Below, in pieces: positions 1 to 7,820 of a DNA stretch of 24,000 nucleotides. Where the stretch lies: the NCBI GenBank assembly GCA_020056895.1, contig JAGVGV010000387.1, positions 1 through 24,000 of the forward strand, given 5' to 3'. Origin of the DNA: Deltaproteobacteria bacterium (GTDB lineage: Bacteria; Desulfobacterota; Desulfarculia; Adiutricales; JAGVGV01). Every line of letters starts with the position of its first letter. The stretch's first letter is position 1. The notes below the pieces were generated by a model that saw only the letters and a program-made list of their open reading frames with translations, had not been told where the DNA came from and did no database searches. The translations under genes were made by a program, and so were the position numbers.

Positions 1-2678
1 AAGGAAATTATATAACTTATCAATACAACGATCAAAATCTGCCCACGGTGGCCACCGCCTATCCCAAAGGCGGCGGGTCCGGGCTCGCCATTCTCATGGC
101 CTATCACCCGGATTGGAACAAACCGGTCTCCATTACCGATCCCATGGGCCGGGTCACCTCCATGCAATACGATGCGGCGGGGAATCTGGCGGCCATCACC
201 CAGCCCACGGCCGGCGGTCAATCCGCTGTGACCACTTTTTCCCGGAATTCCAAAGGGCTGCCCACCAGTGTCACGTCTCCGGACGGGTCCGTGGTCCAGC
301 TCAGCTACGATGGGTCGGGAAATATGGTGATGGCCGTTCAAGACCCCGGGGGCTTGAATCTGACCACGACCTATGCGTATGATGCGGGTGGAGCCGTCAC
401 CGGCGTGACGGATGGGCTGAACAACACGACCACCATGGCGTACAACGCGGCGGGCCAAGTCACGTCCGCCACGGCCCCGCAACCATTTGGATACGTGACG
501 AATTTCGGGTACGATGCCGACGGCCGGCCGAACCTGGTCCGTCGGCTGGGGCTGCCCGTGCAGTCATATGCCACCACGTACACCGCCACGGATCAGGTGA
601 TGACAAGGGTCTCCCCCAAAGGCCACGTGACGACCTATGTGTACGACGGTCTGGATCGTCTGGCCCAGGTGACCGACGCGGAAAATCGATCCACTCAGTA
701 TCAATACGACGCCATTGGCCGCGTGGTCACGGTCATCAACGGCAACAATCAGCCCGAAGTCCGGTACACTTATACCCTCAACGGCAAGGTCCACACCTTG
801 ACCGACGCCAACAACAACACGACGACCTATACCTACGACGGCTACGACCGCCTGATCGCCACCACGTACCCGGATGGCAGCGCGGAATCCTATACTCTCG
901 ACGCCGCCGGCCGCGTCGTCCAAATGACCGCCCGCGATGGGAGAATTATCTCCTACACGTACGACAATCTGGACCGTCTGGTCTCGAAAACCGTCCCGGG
1001 TTCTGGTACGTATTCCTATACGTACGATTTGGCCGGAAGAGTTTTAACGGCCACGGATTCCAACGGTCCGATCCAAAACCAGTACGACCGGGTCGGTCGG
1101 TTGCTGGCGGTCACCTATCCCGAAAACCGTCTGGTTTCCTATGAGTACGACGCGCTGTCGAGGCGGACCAAGCTGGTCTACCCCGATAATTCCTATGTCT
1201 CCTACGCCTATGACCAGTTGAGCCGACTGAGCAGCATCGGCTATGACAACAACGGCCCCGGTATCGATCCCGGTCCGGCGGTGATCGCCTCGTACACCTA
1301 CGATTCGCTTTCGCGGCGCACTAAGCTCACGAATGGCAACAATACCAGCACCGCCTATACGTATTCGCTCGACAACAATTTGCTTACTCTGTCGCATCAA
1401 TGGTCCGCCGAAGGGTTGACCTTCACCTACGGCTACGACAAAACGGGCTTGCGGACCTCCCTGGATGTCTCGGATCCTCGTTTCGCGCCCTTGTTTGCCG
1501 TCAATGGCACGGAAACCAACACGCCGAACAACCTGAACCAATACGCCGTCGCCAACAACAAAACCCTCACTTACGACCGCAACGGCAACCTGACCAGCGA
1601 CGGCACGAACACCTACACCTACGACGCCGTTAACCAACTCACCGCCGCCGTTTCCACCAAGAATTCCACCTACTCCTACGACTCCTTCGGCCGCCGGTAT
1701 TCAAAAACCGTGGATGGCTCCACAACGGTCTTCCTCAACGACGGCCACCAGGAAATCATGGAGTACGATGGCTCGGGCAACATCCAGAAAAAATACGTCT
1801 TCGGCCCCGGCATCGATGAACCCATTATCTTGGAAGGAGCGGATAGTAGGTACTATTATTCCGCCGAGGCTTTGGGCTCCATTATCGGCCTGAGCGACCC
1901 AAACGGAGCCGTGGTGGAGCGGTATGCGTATTCGCCCTGGGGGGAGGTTAGTAATGCCGGTACAGTTGGGAATGGATATTTGTATACTGGGCGTCGGTTG
2001 GATAATGAAACGGATTCATATTATTATCGCGCACGGCAATACAACTATCGACAGAGGCGATTTTTCCAGATTGATCCGTTATTATTTGTACGTAACTTAA
2101 ATCTATATTTGTATGTGGTTAATAATTCGGTAAATAAAAGAGATCCATTTGGATTAATTGATGAGGACACTGCGATAGGTTGGGATTTACATCAACCGCA
2201 TGTTTTTCCCCAAGTAACCTGGACAGACGTTGAAGTTAGGGTACTTCACGGCATATTTTTTACACTGTTAGGTGCAGGGGCAGTTGGGACTGATTTCAAT
2301 CTTTCCTTGATATATGGTCCAGGATACTCTTGTGGTACAGAAAGAATAGATTTTCGTGATGCACCTGGTCAAATAACCGATTATGGCTACTATACGCCAT
2401 TAAAAAAACCGGCGTTTGGGAAGAATATTGGATCCAGCGCTTCCGCAGTAGTAGCATGGGGCAAAGGTGGTCCAGAGTCATGGGAAGGTCCCTTTCGTAC
2501 GCTATCATTTGGCTTCCGACGTTTCAGTGCTTCCGCTTTCAGCGATACATCTGGCAATTGGTTTGGAATCACACTTGGATTGAGCCACAGCAGTGCGCTA
2601 CCTCCCTTTGAAGATTATTCTTTGACGTATTCAGTTCCTGAATACAAAATAATCAGCGATTTTAAACCAAATGAATAA
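1..2678 (+). CDS. RHS/YD-repeat polymorphic toxin, 5'-truncated by the window edge; the core ends at DPFGL (2142-2156) and is followed by a ~173-aa unassigned C-terminal tip
   Basis: The frame is open from nt 3 (..ITYQYNDQNLPTVATAYPKGG..). It contains many YD-repeat units (YxYDxxGR/N). The terminal core signature is YYYRARQY..RRFFQIDP..NLYLYVVNNSVNKRDPFGL. GC drops sharply across the tip. Confidence 0.93.
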   Translation, partial: GNYITYQYNDQNLPTVATAYPKGGGSGLAILMAYHPDWNKPVSITDPMGRVTSMQYDAAGNLAAITQPTAGGQSAVTTFSRNSKGLPTSVTSPDGSVVQLSYDGSGNMVMAVQDPGGLNLTTTYAYDAGGAVTGVTDGLNNTTTMAYNAAGQVTSATAPQPFGYVTNFGYDADGRPNLVRRLGLPVQSYATTYTATDQVMTRVSPKGHVTTYVYDGLDRLAQVTDAENRSTQYQYDAIGRVVTVINGNNQPEVRYTYTLNGKVHTLTDANNNTTTYTYDGYDRLIATTYPDGSAESYTLDAAGRVVQMTARDGRIISYTYDNLDRLVSKTVPGSGTYSYTYDLAGRVLTATDSNGPIQNQYDRVGRLLAVTYPENRLVSYEYDALSRRTKLVYPDNSYVSYAYDQLSRLSSIGYDNNGPGIDPGPAVIASYTYDSLSRRTKLTNGNNTSTAYTYSLDNNLLTLSHQWSAEGLTFTYGYDKTGLRTSLDVSDPRFAPLFAVNGTETNTPNNLNQYAVANNKTLTYDRNGNLTSDGTNTYTYDAVNQLTAAVSTKNSTYSYDSFGRRYSKTVDGSTTVFLNDGHQEIMEYDGSGNIQKKYVFGPGIDEPIILEGADSRYYYSAEALGSIIGLSDPNGAVVERYAYSPWGEVSNAGTVGNGYLYTGRRLDNETDSYYYRARQYNYRQRRFFQIDPLLFVRNLNLYLYVVNNSVNKRDPFGLIDEDTAIGWDLHQPHVFPQVTWTDVEVRVLHGIFFTLLGAGAVGTDFNLSLIYGPGYSCGTERIDFRDAPGQITDYGYYTPLKKPAFGKNIGSSASAVVAWGKGGPESWEGPFRTLSFGFRRFSASAFSDTSGNWFGITLGLSHSSALPPFEDYSLTYSVPEYKIISDFKPNE

Positions 2679-2701
2679 GTTGAGACAGGGGGAACGGTTA
2701 A

Positions 2702-3310
2702 ATGTCAGGAAAAAATATGGTGCTAAAAATATTTTTAAAGATAAAACAATTGTATACGTTCCATGTATTATTTTGTCGAGAATATGAGAATGATCTTGAC
2801 GAAATTTTTTTGGCAATATTCAATCAAAGACTCAGGTTAGGTCTAATTAGATGGGGGATGAAAATTGAAGAATATGATGTGAATTTTATTAAATTCTCGC
2901 CAGCCTCTCTATTTCTTAGATCATCGTCTAATCCCTTGGTTGGTGTCTGGTCAGGGGTTATTTATATAAGTTACAATGGTAGGACAATTAAAATTGATGC
3001 GGACTTAAATTGTTGTGAAATTATTTTTGTCATGTTAGGTATTTTAGTGGTATTTTCTAAAGGAGTTTATGAATTAGGAAATGGGAAACTTAACCCTTTT
3101 TGGGTAGTATTCATCCCAACAATTGTATCTATAATGACGTATATAATCGATAAGGTACTCAAAAAATCGTACTATCGTGCTTTTTTTCAGAAGCAATGGC
3201 ATATGACCGTAAAAGACTATAAGAAACGGAAAGAAGACACCTTGAAGAACCAAGAAAAAAAAGATTCCAAATGTCGTGAACGACTTGAGGATTTTTTTTT
3301 ACCATGGTAA
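2702..3310 (+). CDS. Candidate cognate immunity protein of the RHS tip (202 aa, two predicted TM helices)
   Basis: It lies 24 nt downstream of the RHS stop on the same strand and shares the low GC (~35%) of the toxin tip. Hydrophobic helices are EIIFVMLGILVVF and FWVVFIPTIVSIMTYII. No recognisable family motif. The function is inferred from position only. Confidence 0.55.
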   Translation: MSGKNMVLKIFLKIKQLYTFHVLFCREYENDLDEIFLAIFNQRLRLGLIRWGMKIEEYDVNFIKFSPASLFLRSSSNPLVGVWSGVIYISYNGRTIKIDADLNCCEIIFVMLGILVVFSKGVYELGNGKLNPFWVVFIPTIVSIMTYIIDKVLKKSYYRAFFQKQWHMTVKDYKKRKEDTLKNQEKKDSKCRERLEDFFLPW

Positions 3311-3394
3311 CTCATATTCGGGCGATCACAGAATTCGGAAAAAATTGTACGCTAAGGCTCGGCCAGCACCCGTAGCGGCCGGAACTTGCCCTGC

Positions 3395-3817
3395 TCAACG
3401 AGATTCCGGTCGATCACGCTCAAAGCTCACATAAATTCCGTTGTAACCAATTCTCCGACGCACGCGTTTGGTCACCCCGATTGCTCGGCCAGCTGGAACT
3501 TGCGTCGTTTGACCGGCGTTATACTCTTGCTCAAGCCGTGTTGGCGCACTTTCGATACCAAGCCGCTTGAGAGCTTCGGCCGCCAGGGCGCGAAGTCCTT
3601 TTAGCGGCGATGGTATGCCGTCGAAGGGCGATTCAACTGCCCGAGCGTAAAGGCCTTGTCCGATTCTTACTAAGCGCCCCTTGCGAACCAACTGCCGAAG
3701 GGCGCGGCCAACCTGGTCGTAACCGCCAAGGTCCTTGAAATCCGAGCGAACGAACACGTCGCCGCGCTTGCGTTCTATTCGTTTTATAAGTCGGGTTTCC
3801 AGGGGGGGTGCTCTCAT
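3395..3817 (-). CDS. AbiEi_4/DUF6088-like winged-HTH protein (type IV TA antitoxin-like), no partner toxin adjacent
   Basis: The N-terminal pattern RIERKRGDVFVRSDFKDLGGYDQVGRALRQLVRKGRLVRIGQGLYA is typical of AbiEi N-terminal/DUF6088 proteins. It has its own promoter and a GGAG SD upstream of the ATG at 3817. Confidence 0.6.
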   Translation of the reverse strand: MRAPPLETRLIKRIERKRGDVFVRSDFKDLGGYDQVGRALRQLVRKGRLVRIGQGLYARAVESPFDGIPSPLKGLRALAAEALKRLGIESAPTRLEQEYNAGQTTQVPAGRAIGVTKRVRRRIGYNGIYVSFERDRPESR

Positions 3818-3836
3818 GATTTACTCCATAATTGTC

Positions 3837-3864
3837 AATATACGACATTTTTGGCACATTTCAA
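3837..3864 (-). promoter_or_regulatory. sigma70-type promoter for the AbiEi-like gene
   Basis: The minus strand reads TTGAAA (3864-3859), a 16-nt spacer, then TATATT (3842-3837), about 20 nt upstream of the SD/ATG. Confidence 0.45.
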
Positions 3865-3912
3865 CTAACAAATCTATAAGCTAAGCGGCGGAAATAGTTG
3901 ATTGTGGGTCGG

Positions 3913-3947
3913 AAAAAATAAAAAAGCCGGGTGGTCTGGTCCCGGCT
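3913..3947 (-). terminator. Rho-independent terminator downstream of ardC
   Basis: The minus-strand RNA has a 7-bp stem AGCCGGG/CCCGGCT with a 9-nt loop, followed by TTTTTTATTTTTT, immediately after the ardC stop (3956). Confidence 0.7.
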
Positions 3948-3955
3948 GGGGTCGT

Positions 3956-4738
3956 TTAGGCTGAAGGGGCAAGGATCAGCCCCAACACCTGCTCGACCTC
4001 GGACAATACCCGCATGCAGGCCGTCAGAGGGGACATGCCCGCCTTTTCGGCATAGCCCTCGATGTAGCGGTAGGAGTTGCCCAAGGTGTTCTTGGCCTCC
4101 TTGCCTACCATCCGGCACAGGGCCTGGGCGGACAGTTCGGCCACGATCTCCTGAAAGGGGTCCTGACCTGGTCGAAGGCGCCCCTTGACCTTCGCATGCG
4201 CGGCATGGGCCAATTCATGGAAAAAGACCGCTTCCTCCTGGCTGGCCAAGGCGATTTCTTTCCGGCCGGCCGAATAATACCCAAGGTATCGATAGTTCCC
4301 GGGCACGGCCTTCACGCCGATCCCCCACTCTTTGGCCTTTTCCATAAGGGGTAGATCAGGAACCTCGATCTGGCGATACGCCAGTTCTTGACCCTCGGTC
4401 TGCTCGTAAGCGAATACTGCTTTGACTCCGAACCCTGTGAGGAACCTAGCCTCCTCCTCTGTTTCTTCCTCCTGCCGTTTCTTGAAAAATGGCACGAGGA
4501 TGAAGATTCGGGCTTTCTCCCCTTTCTTGACGTACCGGCCGGCTTCGGTCCATTGCCGGAACCCCCTGGCGTCGGACGTTCCACCGATAAACATCAGAGT
4601 GCGGTTGAGCAGGGACCAGTTGGCCGAAGGGATGTCGTTGGCCGTCGGGAACATCGAATAGGCAACCGTTTCCGGAATGTCCCCGCTTTTGAACTGGCTA
4701 AGGATAGAAGTCAGGGCTGCATTGATTCGTGCGTCCAT
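3956..4738 (-). CDS. ardC: ArdC-like antirestriction protein (ssDNA-binding N-domain plus zincin HExxH metallopeptidase domain)
   Basis: The N-terminal pattern ANWSLLNRTLMF..FRQWTEAGRYVKKGEKARIFILVP resembles the ArdC/DUF1738 ssDNA-binding domain. The C-terminal part has FFHELAHAAH (HExxH). A GGAGG SD lies at 4743-4747. Confidence 0.72.
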   Translation of the reverse strand: MDARINAALTSILSQFKSGDIPETVAYSMFPTANDIPSANWSLLNRTLMFIGGTSDARGFRQWTEAGRYVKKGEKARIFILVPFFKKRQEEETEEEARFLTGFGVKAVFAYEQTEGQELAYRQIEVPDLPLMEKAKEWGIGVKAVPGNYRYLGYYSAGRKEIALASQEEAVFFHELAHAAHAKVKGRLRPGQDPFQEIVAELSAQALCRMVGKEAKNTLGNSYRYIEGYAEKAGMSPLTACMRVLSEVEQVLGLILAPSA

Positions 4739-4771
4739 AGTACCTCCGTGGCGGCGGTGGAATGAATTGAG

Positions 4772-4924
4772 GGCCAGACCGCCTTACCGGCCGACTCGTT
4801 CAGGGGCCAGCGCCAGGGAGCCCAAAGCAGTCACAGGTGTGGGCAATCCCGAAGGGTTGTCCATCGCCTTGACGGCTTAAGGGCTGGCGCTACACTGAAA
4901 GAGGTCGGCCAGGTGCGGTTGGCT
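4772..4924 (+). promoter_or_regulatory. Rod-like imperfect hairpin element (copy 1) carrying TTGACG-N16-TACACT in its 3' arm; candidate ssDNA (Frpo-like) promoter or structured leader for ardC
   Basis: Paired segments are GGCCGAC(4789-4795)/GTCGGCC(4904-4910), GCGCCA(4810-4815)/TGGCGC(4885-4890), GTCAcAGG(4830-4837)/CCTTGAC(4867-4873), and an apex CAAtCCC-gaa-GGGTTG. The -35 is TTGACG at 4869-4874 and the -10 is TACACT at 4891-4896. It is a paralog of 11467-11703, with compensatory stem changes between the two. Confidence 0.55.
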
Positions 4925-4983
4925 CGTTGGTTTGGGATTGAAAAAGACTATTTGAGGACTAGGCTTTATCCGCCTGGGCGATC

Positions 4984-4995
4984 GTTGCTTGCAAC
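4984..4995. promoter_or_regulatory. Operator-like palindrome GTTGCTTGCAAC (member of the GTTKC-NN-GMAAC family), upstream of the ardC leader
   Basis: A perfect 5-2-5 palindrome. It belongs to the same 12-bp family found at 12787-12818, 13352-13430 and 14793-14823. On the minus strand it overlaps a possible TTGCAA -35, with GATAAA about 18 nt downstream. Confidence 0.4.
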
Positions 4996-5019
4996 TGATA
5001 CTATAAAAATGCGCACATC

Positions 5020-5052
5020 ATATAAAACAGCCAACCGGTTGAGGGCTGGCTG
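5020..5052 (-). terminator. Probable rho-independent terminator after Uma2 gene 1
   Basis: The minus-strand RNA has a stem CAGCCA/TGGCTG (5052-5047 / 5033-5028) followed by TTTTATA. Confidence 0.45.
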
Positions 5053-5088
5053 AGGTTCGGCGGCGATCATTTCCCCAGAGAACGGCGG

Positions 5089-5655
5089 TTAATCCCCCCA
5101 CCAGAGATTGGCCAGATCGATTTCCACCTCTTGAAACGGCTCGACCCGGACTTTGTCCTTTTCGGAGTAATTCCCCATAACCACCCAAGCGCCGTCCTTC
5201 AGCTTGAAGGCCTCCAGAAGCCTGTTGAGGGGGTCAATAAGCCAGAGGTATGAGACGTTGTGCGCGGCGTAGATGGGCATTTTGCGCACTCGGTCGATCC
5301 GAAAAGTACTTGGGGACAGAATTTCGCAGACCCAATCGGGCACGACGGTTGTCCAATTGCCTACTGGCGGCGCCGGCAAGCGTTCCTGCCTCCAGCCGGC
5401 CAAGTCCGGCACAAGCAGGTTCTCGCCCAGCATTATCTCCACGTCAATAAGGATAATCCACCCACCAGGACCGCCATGCTTCCCGAATTGATACGGCGGC
5501 TTCAATTCGCTTCCTATCGCACTCACGGCATTTGAATGCCGGTAATGCGGTTTGGGGAAGGCATGCAGTTCGCCTTCGATGATCTCGCCGGTCATGTTCT
5601 CCGGCAGGTTATACAGGTCGTCATAGACGGCCTTGCGTTTGGCTGGCATGGACAT
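5089..5655 (-). CDS. Uma2-family (DUF820) PD-(D/E)xK endonuclease, paralog 1
   Basis: Family-typical motifs are present: GEIIEGELHAFPKPHYRHS, GGWIILIDVEIMLGENLLVPDLAGW, PDWVCEILSPST. It is roughly two-thirds identical by eye to the ORF at 17923-18498. Confidence 0.85.
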   Translation of the reverse strand: MSMPAKRKAVYDDLYNLPENMTGEIIEGELHAFPKPHYRHSNAVSAIGSELKPPYQFGKHGGPGGWIILIDVEIMLGENLLVPDLAGWRQERLPAPPVGNWTTVVPDWVCEILSPSTFRIDRVRKMPIYAAHNVSYLWLIDPLNRLLEAFKLKDGAWVVMGNYSEKDKVRVEPFQEVEIDLANLWWGD

Positions 5656-5783
5656 GAAGGCCTCCTTCCCGGGTGACGATAGACGATCAGGCCTATCGCC
5701 TTGTTAATGAACGAAAAACCTAACGATCTTATAAGTCCGGATCATCCTCCTTGAGCATAAACATATCTCCTTAGATTTATTAA

Positions 5784-5812
5784 ATAATAGGTTGATGCCC
5801 AGGTTTTGTCAA
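5784..5812 (-). promoter_or_regulatory. Near-consensus sigma70 promoter for Uma2 gene 1
   Basis: The minus strand reads TTGACA (5812-5807), a 17-nt spacer, then TATTAT (5789-5784). This leaves a ~125-nt leader before the ATG at 5655. Confidence 0.5.
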
Positions 5813-5836
5813 ATTCGTCGGACGCCCTCATCGCCT

Positions 5837-7087
5837 CTAGCACCGGAACCAGCAATCCCTCAGAAAAGTGCCCGCCGGGGTCGCTGGATCACCGTCAAAC
5901 GCCTTGCCCGAGCCGTTTTTTTCCTTTGCCCGTCCGTCCGCCTCCTTCTCTCCTGCCTCATGTTGTCCGCCCGCTTTGACTTTGGGCGGCGGGAAGGTCA
6001 GCACCTTATGAGCGGCCTTCCCGATCTGGACGTACGCTTCGTACGGGCTCAGCTTGAGGAAGGCTTCAGGGCGGAGCTGATATTCCTCGGCCATACGCCG
6101 GGCCTCGGCCGACCCGCAGTTGAAAACCACCTTGGCGTAGCAGTTCCCCAGGATGGCCGACAGAGTTTCCTTGGAAATTTGCAAGTGGCTCTGATGAGCC
6201 AGGGTCAGGCTGATATTGAACTTCCTAGCCTGGGCGAGCATTACGTCGAAAAACTCGGTGACGAAACTCTGAAACTCGTCCACGTACAGGAAAAGAGGCG
6301 GCGAGTCCGGGGTCGCCTGGTAGTGGAAATAGGACTTGATGGCATGGGTGACCAGGTTGCCCAGGTACACGATGGCTTCGGACCCGAGCCCGAACAGATT
6401 GAAGACCACGATCCGCCTGGCCCGGGCGATCCCGGCGATATCGAGCTGGTTCGGGCCGATCAGAAATGGCCGCAGGCTCTCGTCCTCGTAAAAAGCCGAC
6501 AGCCGGGCCCCTACCCGCTTGGCCCCGTCGATCTTTTCCTTGCTCACGAGCTGCCTGGTCTTGGGGTCCCGGTCGTCGAAGTATTGCCAGTACACCGGCG
6601 GCGTCCGGGTTTCGAAGTACTTGCGCCGAACCGGTTCGTAATTGAGGAAATCCGCCACTTCCTTGATGTCCAACCGGTCGGCCGGCAGGGCCAGGACCGC
6701 GTTCCGAATCAGCTCCTTGTGGAGAATGGTGGTTTCCTGGGTGGACGTGGTCGCCCGGACGCAGGCGTTGATCACCTCGCCCAGTTCGCTGGCAAGCTGG
6801 GATTTGGTCAGTCCCGCCCGATCCAAGGGGTTGATGACGATCGGATGATCCTTGTCCACGTAGGTCAGCCGGCCGGCCGGAGCCAAAGCGGCCACGGCCT
6901 CGGCCAGGCTGCCCACGGGATCGAGGACGATCACGGCGTGCCGCCGTTCCTGAACGAACAAATTGGCCAGAAACGTGGTCTTGCCGGTGCCCGTGGCCCC
7001 CAGGACATAAAGGTGCCGAAACCTCGCCCTGGGGTCGAGAACGGCCAGGCCCTCCCTGGCCACCAGCGGCACGCCGAGATCGATCAC
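5837..7087 (-). CDS. VirD4/TraD-like (type IV coupling protein-like) P-loop ATPase lacking an N-terminal TM anchor
   Basis: Walker A is GATGTGKTT and Walker B-like is LFLYVDEFQSF. TLAHQSHLQI matches the TraG-D_C-type QS..Q pattern. The GTG start overlaps the upstream stop (GTGA at 7084-7087). Confidence 0.78.
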   Translation of the reverse strand: MIDLGVPLVAREGLAVLDPRARFRHLYVLGATGTGKTTFLANLFVQERRHAVIVLDPVGSLAEAVAALAPAGRLTYVDKDHPIVINPLDRAGLTKSQLASELGEVINACVRATTSTQETTILHKELIRNAVLALPADRLDIKEVADFLNYEPVRRKYFETRTPPVYWQYFDDRDPKTRQLVSKEKIDGAKRVGARLSAFYEDESLRPFLIGPNQLDIAGIARARRIVVFNLFGLGSEAIVYLGNLVTHAIKSYFHYQATPDSPPLFLYVDEFQSFVTEFFDVMLAQARKFNISLTLAHQSHLQISKETLSAILGNCYAKVVFNCGSAEARRMAEEYQLRPEAFLKLSPYEAYVQIGKAAHKVLTFPPPKVKAGGQHEAGEKEADGRAKEKNGSGKAFDGDPATPAGTFLRDCWFRC

Positions 7088-7566
7088 GCCGTCGCCGGTA
7101 GTTTTTCAATATGATCCAAGCGCTCCATGATCTCCTGCCGACTGATGACCAGCTGGTCGTATTCCCGTTGCGCCTTGGACTTGTTGAGGGAATAGAAGAA
7201 AATCAGGTACACCAGCCACAACGGCAGGGTGATCGGCCAGAGAACGACCGACAGTCCGACGAACAGACAGCCGTTGATGGGAAGGATTTTGGGAAACTTG
7301 GGGATGGGCAAGGCGTTGTAATCCTTCTCCAGCCCCTTGATCATTTCATAATGTGGAATATCGGTCTCCCGTTGGAAGGCCAGCTTCACGTACCGCACGT
7401 CCTTGGTCACGCTGTAAAGGTTTTCCCCTCGAAGTTCCAAATGACTGTCCAGTTGCCGGACCTCCTGAGTGCTCAAAAGCTTCCAGTAAAAGCGGCTCAT
7501 GAGGTCGATCTGGGTCTGCTCGTCCTTGGGCGAACAGACAATGGTCTTGGCTTCGCTTCTGGCCAT
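7084..7566 (-). CDS. Membrane protein (160 aa) with a C-proximal TM hairpin, unknown function
   Basis: I place the start at MARSEAKT (ATG 7566), 8 nt after the upstream stop. The longer track ORF would overlap the previous gene. The hydrophobic segment is LPINGCLFVGLSVVLWPITLPLWLVYLIFFY. Confidence 0.6.
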   Translation of the reverse strand: MARSEAKTIVCSPKDEQTQIDLMSRFYWKLLSTQEVRQLDSHLELRGENLYSVTKDVRYVKLAFQRETDIPHYEMIKGLEKDYNALPIPKFPKILPINGCLFVGLSVVLWPITLPLWLVYLIFFYSLNKSKAQREYDQLVISRQEIMERLDHIEKLPATA

Positions 7567-7574
7567 GGCTACGC

Positions 7575-7817
7575 TTATACCAGCCGCCGGTTGTAGGATT
7601 TGACGGCCATGACCGTGCCGATCCCGGAACCGACCATGGTCACGAACCACAGCGGAAGACCCACGATGGCGAACACCCCCGAAAAAACCATCAACGCGGC
7701 CAGACAGGCCACCAGGAAAAAGACCACTGCCCAGCCGATTCGTCCGGCATAAATCAAGCCGGTCCCCGGCGCCAGCACCGCCAACACCGTCCCTACAAAA
7801 ACACTTTTTCGCTCCAT
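7575..7817 (-). CDS. Small (80 aa) multi-TM membrane protein, unknown function
   Basis: A strong AAGGAGG SD lies 8 nt upstream of the ATG at 7817. The protein is almost entirely hydrophobic (VFVGTVLAVLAPGTGLIYAGR.., VVFFLVACLAALMVFSGVFAIVGLPLWFV). Confidence 0.6.
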   Translation of the reverse strand: MERKSVFVGTVLAVLAPGTGLIYAGRIGWAVVFFLVACLAALMVFSGVFAIVGLPLWFVTMVGSGIGTVMAVKSYNRRLV

Positions 7818-7820
7818 GCT

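Noticed and set aside
5729-5764. 11-aa leader peptide (MFMLKEDDPDL) in the Uma2 gene 1 leader
   Set aside because: The AGGAG lies only 2 nt from the ATG, which is too close for a functional SD, and there is no other supporting evidence.
5792-7114. 440-aa + strand ORF, the longest alternative ORF in the window
   Set aside because: It lies exactly antisense to the VirD4/TraD-like ATPase gene, is R/G/P/L-rich and has no motifs. This is a typical high-GC shadow ORF. The same reasoning applies to 6225-7109(-), 8040-8741(+), 7913-8389(-), 12096-12512(-), 12976-13512(-), 14104-14778(+), 22074-22754(+) and 22779-23759(+).
7567-7650. N-terminal extension of the 188-aa membrane-protein ORF
   Set aside because: It would overlap the upstream 80-aa gene by ~75 nt, and the extension is R/H/G-rich. 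The ATG at 7566, 8 nt after the upstream stop, fits the operon spacing.
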